A DNA stretch of 11,545 nucleotides, taken from contig JAHHIK010000171.1 of NCBI GenBank assembly GCA_019358935.1, forward strand, positions 1-11,545, in the 5' to 3' direction. The translations under genes and the position numbers were made by a program. The notes beneath the pieces are model-generated. The model ran no database searches. It saw only the letters and a list, made by a program, of their open reading frames with translations, and had not been told where the DNA came from. This document shows, one piece after another, positions 1 through 5,297 of this stretch. Positions within the stretch are counted from its first letter, which is position 1, and each line of letters begins with the position of its first letter. Source of the stretch: Tolypothrix carrinoi HA7290-LM1 (lineage in GTDB: Bacteria; Cyanobacteriota; Cyanobacteriia; Cyanobacteriales; Nostocaceae).

Positions 1-83
1 CCTCTGGAGACATCGACCTCTGTTTGGGTGGGGAAACTCCTTTAAATAAGCCGAGTCGCGGAAAGAGGAAACCCAAGAAGTGA
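1..83 (+). CDS. tnpB: C-terminal tail of an IS200/IS605-family TnpB RNA-guided endonuclease (partial, runs off the left edge)
   Basis: The frame from nt 3 reads SGDIDLCLGGETPLNKPSRGKRKPKK*, with TGA at 81-83. This resembles the basic low-complexity tails of cyanobacterial TnpB proteins and directly precedes an IS605-type right end. No catalytic residues lie inside the window. Confidence 0.65.
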   Translation, partial: SGDIDLCLGGETPLNKPSRGKRKPKK

Positions 84-124
84 TTCTTGGAATCCCCGTG
101 TCTTCAGACCGGGGAGGATGTCAA
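1..124 (+). mobile_element. Right end of an IS200/IS605-family element (subterminal hairpin plus TCAA; probable omega/reRNA scaffold)
   Basis: Hairpin CCAAGAA-GTGA-TTCTTGG (73-90, GNRA loop), then subterminal hairpin TCCCCG-T-GTCT-TC-AGAC-CGGGGA (93-115), then GGATG-TCAA ending at 124. This is the typical right-end architecture. Confidence 0.75.
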
Positions 125-128
125 TCCC

Positions 129-251
129 ATGTCTCTAAAAATGCATAGTCTGATTTGGCTGGATGGAGTTGCTGGGCTGATATTAATAAGTTTCTTGGCA
201 TGGTCTGGTGTCATATTGCAAGAGTGGCGTATTACGCCCACTGCAAATTGA
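129..251 (+). pseudogene. Short hydrophobic ORF, probably the C-terminal remnant of a membrane-protein gene interrupted by the IS
   Basis: Translates to MSLKMHSLIWLDGVAGLILISFLAWSGVILQEWRITPTAN* (40 aa, one TM-like segment) and begins 4 nt after the IS end. Confidence 0.35.
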
Positions 252-331
252 GTATGATGCAAGTGTTAATTGCATCTGGTAAACTTCGTTCGTGTTGCTG
301 AAAGCTGGTGGATGCACTTTTTGAACTTTTA

Positions 332-419
332 ATTCCTAACTCCTACTCCTAACTCGTAACTCGTACAGACGCGATACCCTTGCGTCTCTACAACTCCCAA
401 CTCCTAACTCCCCGACTCC
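332..419. repeat. CTCCTAA/CTCGTAA heptamer tract with an embedded REP/SDR-like palindrome (363-391)
   Basis: Heptamer variants flank GTACAGACGC-GATACCCTT-GCGTCTCTAC (10-bp stem, 1 mismatch). It lies between convergent ORFs. Confidence 0.7.
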
Positions 420-829
420 AAGCGTTGCAATTCTTGTTGAAGATGCTTACCCCACTGTGCAGCTAAAGGAATTTCTGTAAACGGAACCCGCACCGAGTTC
501 TCAGGGGAAAAAACAAATTCTAATTCAATAGACCGACCTTTTTCTGGTGGCGCTTCGGTATCTGCTTCTTTTTCATCTACCAAAAGGCGGATTTCTTTGA
601 CATCTTCTAAAGAAAAAGTTTCCAGCTTGATTAAACCTTTTGGCGTGGGTTTTCCCCAAGTTATATTATTGCCTTTTTGACCCAACACTGAGTAAATATC
701 ATACTTAGCTCGGTCAAATTGCTCTGCCCAAACGCGATAAGCCTCAACTTTTTGATACTCCCTTGAGCCTTGCCAAGCCAACCAGAAAAATATAAATAAT
801 AAAGGCAACCATAAAAGACCGCGTTCCAT
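404..829 (-). CDS. Hypothetical protein with an N-terminal membrane anchor (141 aa)
   Basis: ORF track gives 404..880. The ATG at 829 (MERGLLWLPLLFIFFWLAW...) is the more plausible start and gives an N-terminal TM helix followed by a soluble domain. Confidence 0.8.
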   Translation of the reverse strand: MERGLLWLPLLFIFFWLAWQGSREYQKVEAYRVWAEQFDRAKYDIYSVLGQKGNNITWGKPTPKGLIKLETFSLEDVKEIRLLVDEKEADTEAPPEKGRSIELEFVFSPENSVRVPFTEIPLAAQWGKHLQQELQRLESGS

Positions 830-951
830 CGTTGAAAAAGTCCTAAGTCCAGAATGAAAGTTTATGTAACTAAAGTGCAAAATACATCAACTAAAGGGCA
901 CAGATAAGTTATCGTAGTGAGCAAACTGGCATTCATCGGTGATGAGTTAAT

Positions 952-2811
952 ATGCGAAGGCTTATATTATTGTGCTTGTTTGTCATCGGGCTGAGTGCTG
1001 CGGTATTTGGTTTCCTGAATTTTCAGGGACTAGCAGCCAAAGGTGATTTTGAGACGATTGTGCTGGATTTTCGCGAAGATATTCCCGCTGCTGAGGTGGA
1101 GAAAAATCTGCAAGCGATCGCCCTTCAATACAACGTTACACCCAAACTCGATAACAAATTTTCCGAGAAAGATCATGTGTATGTTATCAAAGGCGATCGG
1201 CAAAGGCTGAAAGCTTTAAGAAAATCTTCATTTGCCAAAGTTACAGAATTCATCGAGCCGAATTACATCTACAAAATTCCCAATCCCGGTCAAGCTGCTA
1301 GGTTGGCAGAATTTTTGCTGCCCCAAGACGATGACGATACCAAAGTTTCGCCTAGTCTTACTGGTCCCAATGATGAATATTACAGCAAACAGTGGAATCT
1401 ACACAACATCAACGTTGAAGGTGCGTGGCTGCAAACCAAAGGTAGCGGCATCACCGTAGCAGTAATTGATACTGGTATCAGTCGCGTGCGTGACTTGAAA
1501 GAGACAAAATTTGTCCCAGGTTACGACTTTGTGAATGACACAGAAGAAGCCACAGACGATAACGGACACGGCACCCACGTTGCCGGAACTATTGCCCAAG
1601 CTACTAATAATAAATATGGTGTCGCTGGAATTGCTTACGAAGCCAAGTTAATGCCTTTAAAGGTACTGAGTGCATACGGTGGTGGAACCGTTGCGGATAT
1701 TGCCGAAGCAATTAAATTTGCTGCTGATAAAGGCGCAAATGTAATTAATATGAGCTTGGGTGGTGGTGGTGAAAGCCAGTTGATGAAAGACGCGATCGAT
1801 TATGCCCACAGAAAAGGCGTAGTCATCATTGCCGCAGCCGGAAACGAAGGTAGTAATGGTGCTTCTTATCCAGCTCGTTATCCTCATGTTATCGGCGTTT
1901 CTGCCTTAGGCGCAGACGGCGAAAAAGCGCCTTATTCTAACTTTGGTGCTGGCGTAGATATTTCCGCCCCAGGTGGTAGTGATGCTGGTAAGATTTTGCA
2001 AGAAACCATCGACCCCGATAACAATGGTGTCGGGGTGTTTATGGGCTTGCAGGGTACAAGCATGGCTGCCCCTCACGTTGCTGGTGTCGCAGCATTAATT
2101 GAAGCTTCTGGAATCAAAGAACCAGATCAAGTTTTGGCTGTGCTTCAGGAGTCGGCAAGAACTATTAAAGAAGATGCTTTGAACTACTACGGCGCCGGAC
2201 AACTGAATGCTGATGCAGCAGTTAAACGTGCAGTACAAGGGAAAATCACCTTCCAAGATTTCTTTGCGTGGTTGCGGAATAACGGCTATCTTAACCCCGG
2301 CTTTTGGATTGATGGCGGTGCGATCGCGCTATTGCCTAAAATTTTAATGGTAGTCGGTTCTTACTTGCTAGCTTGGTTTTTACGGGTTTACTTCCCCTTT
2401 ACCTGGAGTTGGTCTTTAGCCAGTGGCTTAGTCGCCGGCAGTTCTGGGTTATTCTTCCTGAAAGGAATTTATATCTTTGACCTTCCCCAATGGCCCTTCC
2501 GCGTCTTGGGCAGTTCAATTCCCGAACTCGGCAACGCGGTTCAGGGAACAGATGCTTTTAATCCCCTATTTGCCAGCGTCTTGATTCCGATTATTTTAAT
2601 GGCGTTGCTGCTAGGAAATCCTACCTGGAAATGGTTTGCAGTCGGTTCCACCCTAGGTATAGCCGCATGTTTAGGAGTCAGCGCATTTTTCGACCCAGCA
2701 GTTTGGGGCTTAGGAAATGGAATTTGGTCGCGTCTTTTCCTCATCATCAACGCCCTACTCTGTTACGGACTTGCTAAGTTAGCCCTGAAAAATCAGGAAC
2801 AAGCAGTGTAG
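952..2811 (+). CDS. S8 (subtilisin-family) serine peptidase with signal/anchor, propeptide and C-terminal multi-TM domain
   Basis: Catalytic triad motifs VAVIDTG (Asp), HGTHVAG (His) and GTSMAAPHV (Ser), plus oxyanion motif AAAGN. Hydrophobic N-terminus and several hydrophobic segments in the last ~170 aa. Confidence 0.95.
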   Translation: MRRLILLCLFVIGLSAAVFGFLNFQGLAAKGDFETIVLDFREDIPAAEVEKNLQAIALQYNVTPKLDNKFSEKDHVYVIKGDRQRLKALRKSSFAKVTEFIEPNYIYKIPNPGQAARLAEFLLPQDDDDTKVSPSLTGPNDEYYSKQWNLHNINVEGAWLQTKGSGITVAVIDTGISRVRDLKETKFVPGYDFVNDTEEATDDNGHGTHVAGTIAQATNNKYGVAGIAYEAKLMPLKVLSAYGGGTVADIAEAIKFAADKGANVINMSLGGGGESQLMKDAIDYAHRKGVVIIAAAGNEGSNGASYPARYPHVIGVSALGADGEKAPYSNFGAGVDISAPGGSDAGKILQETIDPDNNGVGVFMGLQGTSMAAPHVAGVAALIEASGIKEPDQVLAVLQESARTIKEDALNYYGAGQLNADAAVKRAVQGKITFQDFFAWLRNNGYLNPGFWIDGGAIALLPKILMVVGSYLLAWFLRVYFPFTWSWSLASGLVAGSSGLFFLKGIYIFDLPQWPFRVLGSSIPELGNAVQGTDAFNPLFASVLIPIILMALLLGNPTWKWFAVGSTLGIAACLGVSAFFDPAVWGLGNGIWSRLFLIINALLCYGLAKLALKNQEQAV

Positions 2812-3005
2812 GGCATGGGGCATTGGGCATGGGAAATGGGTAATAGGTAATAGGTAATAGGTAATAGAAACAAAGAAATGTCCCCCACTCAGACACTCCC
2901 CCATCTCCCCCATCTCCCCATTACCCATTACCCATTACCCATTACCCATTACCCATTACCCATTCCCCATTACCCATTCCCCATTCCCCATTCCCCACTC
3001 CCCAT
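2811..3005. repeat. STRR-type heptamer tandem repeats in quasi-inverted arrangement
   Basis: GGGCAT(G/T) units plus 4x GGTAATA (2839-2866) on the left. Twelve TTACCCA/TTCCCCA-type heptamers (2921-3004) on the right. Confidence 0.9.
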
Positions 3006-3022
3006 TTAGGACTTAGAATCAT

Positions 3023-3250
3023 ATGAGCATTACAGTTACAGGTACTATCCAACACCGTGATATTGGCACAGGCGCTTGGGCGCTAGTTACAGACGATGGC
3101 GTTACCTACGAAATCCTTAGGGGTGCTGACAAAAACTTACTTAAAGCCGGACAAAAAGCAAAAGTCACAGGAAAGGTGCGCGAAGATGTCATGACCATTG
3201 CCATGATTGGTCAGGTTTTAGAAGTAAAATCCTTTGAAGTGACGAAGTAG
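3023..3250 (+). CDS. Small hypothetical protein (75 aa, beta-rich, possibly OB-fold-like)
   Basis: Clean ORF with ATG and protein-like composition. Its alternating beta-strand pattern suggests, but does not prove, an OB-like fold. Confidence 0.8.
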   Translation: MSITVTGTIQHRDIGTGAWALVTDDGVTYEILRGADKNLLKAGQKAKVTGKVREDVMTIAMIGQVLEVKSFEVTK

Positions 3251-3283
3251 ATTTAATATCGTATCCGGCAGATGACAAATATT

Positions 3284-3311
3284 GTAGAGACGTTCCACTG
3301 GAACGTCTCTA
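3284..3311. repeat. REP/SDR-like palindrome, possible bidirectional terminator or mRNA stabiliser
   Basis: TAGAGACGTTCC-ACT-GGAACGTCTCTA is a perfect 12-bp stem between convergent genes. Same family as the elements at 363, 4188, 7759 and 7799. Confidence 0.8.
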
Positions 3312-3358
3312 TTAATTTTCATGGGTTTAATTTGTAGATATAAGCGTTGAAACGCTTA

Positions 3359-3676
3359 CTACTTTTCTTCAGAATTCAAAACTGCTTGCAGACGACTTCT
3401 AAATTCACCTTTGGGATGACCACCTTTTACTTCGCCCAAAATCTGAAATTCTCCTTCTGGTGAATCACAGACAATGTAGGTGGGCCATCCCATTTCTGAT
3501 TTATCGGGATATTGATTTAGCAAAATCTTGCGATACTTGCGGTAAGTAGCTGTGTCTTGCATTTTTACATCTATAAATTGCAAACCTAGTTCTTCTGCCA
3601 CCTTTTGGTCATAAAAAGACATCTTGTGGCAGATGCCGCAGTCTTCTGAAGAGAATTTAATTACAGCTAATTGCAT
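3359..3676 (-). CDS. Thioredoxin-fold protein (CGIC motif)
   Basis: 105 aa with KFSSEDCGIC (CxxC after the first beta strand) and a later GWPT cis-Pro-type motif. Confidence 0.85.
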   Translation of the reverse strand: MQLAVIKFSSEDCGICHKMSFYDQKVAEELGLQFIDVKMQDTATYRKYRKILLNQYPDKSEMGWPTYIVCDSPEGEFQILGEVKGGHPKGEFRSRLQAVLNSEEK

Positions 3677-3709
3677 GGACTTGCTTAAGATTTTGGCATA
3701 GCTAAGGGA

Positions 3710-3718
3710 ATTTTAGCA
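3710..3718 (-). promoter_or_regulatory. Putative extended -10 promoter of the thioredoxin-like gene
   Basis: The minus strand reads TG-C-TAAAAT, about 34 nt upstream of the ATG at 3676. Confidence 0.45.
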
Positions 3719-3732
3719 TGTAGCAAATCCAT

Positions 3733-3792
3733 AAAAAACCCCCTAGCAGGTATAAACCAACTAGGGGAGTGAGTTATCAGGGTGCATCTACC
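3733..3792 (-). ncRNA. nsiR1: NsiR1 copy (most distal from hetF)
   Basis: 5'-GGTAGATGCACCCTGATAACTCACTCCCCTAGTTGG... hairpin ...TTTTTT. Confidence 0.9.
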
Positions 3793-3800
3793 AATTACTT

Positions 3801-3828
3801 GTTCTCAAGTTATACACAGTCCTCCGGA
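3801..3828 (-). promoter_or_regulatory. DIF1-type heterocyst-specific promoter
   Basis: TCCGGA (3823-3828)-N17-AGAAC-N8-predicted +1 at 3792. Confidence 0.85.
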
Positions 3829-3859
3829 TAAAATTGTGTATAAAGTTGTTATTTGTCAT

Positions 3860-3916
3860 AAAAAACCCCCAGTGGTGTAAGCCAACTAGGGGGTGAGTTA
3901 TCAGGGTGCATCTACC
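3860..3916 (-). ncRNA. nsiR1: NsiR1 copy
   Basis: Conserved 5' core, CCCCCTAGTTGG hairpin and U-tract. Confidence 0.9.
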
Positions 3917-3924
3917 AATTACTT

Positions 3925-3952
3925 GTTCCTAGAGAAACCAGTATGCTCCGGA
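3925..3952 (-). promoter_or_regulatory. DIF1-type promoter
   Basis: TCCGGA at 3947-3952, N17, GGAAC variant. Confidence 0.8.
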
Positions 3953-4014
3953 AAAAATTGAGGAAACTGTTGAGCAATGTTTTCCTCCTCCACTCAGTGT
4001 ATTGCTAAAGATAC

Positions 4015-4072
4015 AAAAATCCCCCAGTGGTATAAACCAACTAGGGGAGTGAGTTATCAGGGTGCATCTACC
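4015..4072 (-). ncRNA. nsiR1: NsiR1 copy
   Basis: Conserved core, hairpin and U-tract. Confidence 0.9.
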
Positions 4073-4080
4073 AATTAATT

Positions 4081-4108
4081 GTTCTTAGAGAAACCAGTAC
4101 ACTCCGGA
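4081..4108 (-). promoter_or_regulatory. DIF1-type promoter
   Basis: TCCGGA at 4103-4108, N17, AGAAC. Confidence 0.85.
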
Positions 4109-4187
4109 TAAAATTGAGAAACTCTTAAAAAAAGCACGTAGTAAGCGATTCATCGCTTCAAACATGCGAAGACAGCACCCACTACAA

Positions 4188-4216
4188 GTAGAGACGTTTC
4201 ACCGCAACGTCTTTAC
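4188..4216. repeat. REP/SDR-like palindrome inside the NsiR1 array
   Basis: GTAGAGACGTT-TCACCGC-AACGTCTTTAC. An adjacent small palindrome AAGCGAT-TC-ATCGCTT lies at 4143-4158. Confidence 0.75.
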
Positions 4217-4358
4217 GTTTTTCCTTGTAACATTTGCGTTGTTGGCTGTTCTATTGATTAAAGAAGTGAAAAATCTGTGCGCGTAAAGTATTACTAAGAA
4301 ATATTTCCATCGCCACTAAGTTGACAACTGGAAAATAATGTTAATTAAGATACCAAAT

Positions 4359-4418
4359 AAAAAATCCCCCAGCGGGTGGCAACCAACCAGGGGAGTGAGT
4401 TATCAGGGTGCATCTACC
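4359..4418 (-). ncRNA. nsiR1: NsiR1 copy
   Basis: Conserved core, variant hairpin and U-tract. Confidence 0.9.
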
Positions 4419-4426
4419 AATTAACT

Positions 4427-4454
4427 GTTCTTAGAGAAAGCAGTATGTTCCGGA
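4427..4454 (-). promoter_or_regulatory. DIF1-type promoter
   Basis: TCCGGA at 4449-4454, N17, AGAAC. Confidence 0.85.
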
Positions 4455-4536
4455 TAAATTAAGAACATCAACTCAGTTTGTGCCGCTACCAAGTATCTAG
4501 TATCAACATCGGTTTTAACAAATGAGTCAAAAAGAC

Positions 4537-4595
4537 AAAAATCCCCCAGTAAGCGTAAGCCCACTAGGGGAGTGAGTTATCAGGGTGCATCTACC
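4537..4595 (-). ncRNA. nsiR1: NsiR1 copy
   Basis: Conserved core. The hairpin UCCCCUAGUGGGC-UUAC-GCUUACUGGGGGA pairs fully on the minus strand using G-U wobbles. Confidence 0.9.
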
Positions 4596-4603
4596 AATTA
4601 AAT

Positions 4604-4631
4604 GTTCTATAGCTAACTAACATCATCCGGA
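4604..4631 (-). promoter_or_regulatory. DIF1-type promoter
   Basis: TCCGGA at 4626-4631, N17, AGAAC. Confidence 0.85.
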
Positions 4632-4667
4632 TAGTATATGTCTAAGATGTGATTATTTTTATAAAAT

Positions 4668-4727
4668 AAAAAAAACCCTAATTGGCTTACGCCAACTAGG
4701 GAATTGAGTTATCAGGGTGCATCTACT
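4668..4727 (-). ncRNA. nsiR1: NsiR1 copy (variant: starts AGTAGATGC, weaker hairpin)
   Basis: Core GAGTTATCAGGGTGCATCTACT on the + strand. The -35 motif is mutated. Confidence 0.8.
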
Positions 4728-4735
4728 AATTAAAT

Positions 4736-4763
4736 GTTCTAAAATTAACTATAAGCATCAGGA
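4736..4763 (-). promoter_or_regulatory. Degenerate DIF1-type promoter
   Basis: TCCTGA on the minus strand (4758-4763, 1 mismatch to TCCGGA), N17, AGAAC. Confidence 0.65.
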
Positions 4764-4806
4764 GAATTTTACTGGTATTAAAATATATTTTTGTTTGATT
4801 AAACAC

Positions 4807-4864
4807 AAAAATTCCCCAGTGGTGTAAGCCAACTAGGGAAGTGAGTTATTAGGGTGCATCTACC
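4807..4864 (-). ncRNA. nsiR1: NsiR1 copy
   Basis: Core with one substitution (GAGTTATTAGGGTGCATCTACC), hairpin and U-tract. Confidence 0.88.
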
Positions 4865-4872
4865 AATTATTT

Positions 4873-4900
4873 GTTCTCGGTTTAACAATCATGCTCCGGA
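4873..4900 (-). promoter_or_regulatory. DIF1-type promoter
   Basis: TCCGGA at 4895-4900, N17, AGAAC. Confidence 0.85.
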
Positions 4901-5050
4901 TAAATTCAGAAAAGCGGAGATGACAAGGTGTGTAAAACAAAACTTTATTGGATGCCAGTTTTGGATATACTTAGTAAATAAGATAAATTTAGATGCCATT
5001 ATCTGGCTAAATTTAGTCTGTTAAAAATTGTTGCGCTCATGGTTAGGCAT

Positions 5051-5112
5051 AAAAAACCCCCGACTTGGGTGTAAAGCCAACCGGGGGAATTGAAGATCAA
5101 GGTGCATCTACC
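5051..5112 (-). ncRNA. nsiR1: NsiR1 copy nearest hetF (divergent, NsiR1.1-like)
   Basis: 5'-GGTAGATGCACCTTGATCTTCAATTCCCCCGGTTGG...CGGGGGTTTTTT. The first 12 nt are identical to the consensus and the rest is diverged. Confidence 0.85.
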
Positions 5113-5120
5113 AATAAAGT

Positions 5121-5148
5121 GTTCTGGGCGGAATGATTGCAATCCGGA
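5121..5148 (-). promoter_or_regulatory. DIF1-type promoter
   Basis: TCCGGA at 5143-5148, N17, AGAAC. Confidence 0.85.
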
Positions 5149-5297
5149 TAAAGTTGTAAACAGGGAGCAGGTGCAAAACAACTTAAATCAGAAACATTGA
5201 GTGTCAAGATGCATCTAAGGTATCAGAAGAAGCGAAACATCTAGCGTGAAAATGAACAGCGTTTCAAACCAGATTTAGGAGGCAAACAGGAGAAGTT

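Larger units (their letters stand above)
3733..5148 (-). repeat. nsiR1: NsiR1 tandem array: 8 direct-repeat units, each promoter + ~60 nt sRNA + intrinsic terminator
   Basis: The + strand core GAGTTATCAGGGTGCATCTACC recurs with ends at 3792, 3916, 4072, 4418, 4595, 4727, 4864 and 5112. Each unit has an A-tract/GC hairpin on its left and TCCGGA 31-36 nt to its right. The position upstream of and opposite to hetF matches the known NsiR1 locus. Confidence 0.93.

Noticed and set aside
830..880. N-terminal 17-aa extension of the 404..880 ORF
   Set aside because: Non-ATG start. The ATG at 829 directly precedes the TM anchor and leaves room for divergent promoters.
1232..2750. Short alternative-frame and antisense ORFs inside the subtilase gene
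   Set aside because: Shadow ORFs of a strong CDS with no motifs.
3733..5148. CRISPR array or novel repeat-spacer system
   Set aside because: Periods are long and irregular (124-346 nt), each unit has its own promoter and terminator, no cas gene is present in the window, and sequence and position match the known NsiR1 array.
5143..5180. Palindromic TCCGGA acting as a plus-strand promoter for hetF
   Set aside because: There is no (A/G)GAAC-like element 17 nt downstream on the plus strand, so this cannot be supported from the sequence.
4999..5181. 60-aa ORF in the track
   Set aside because: It runs through an NsiR1 promoter, RNA and terminator, has a non-ATG start and no protein-like features.
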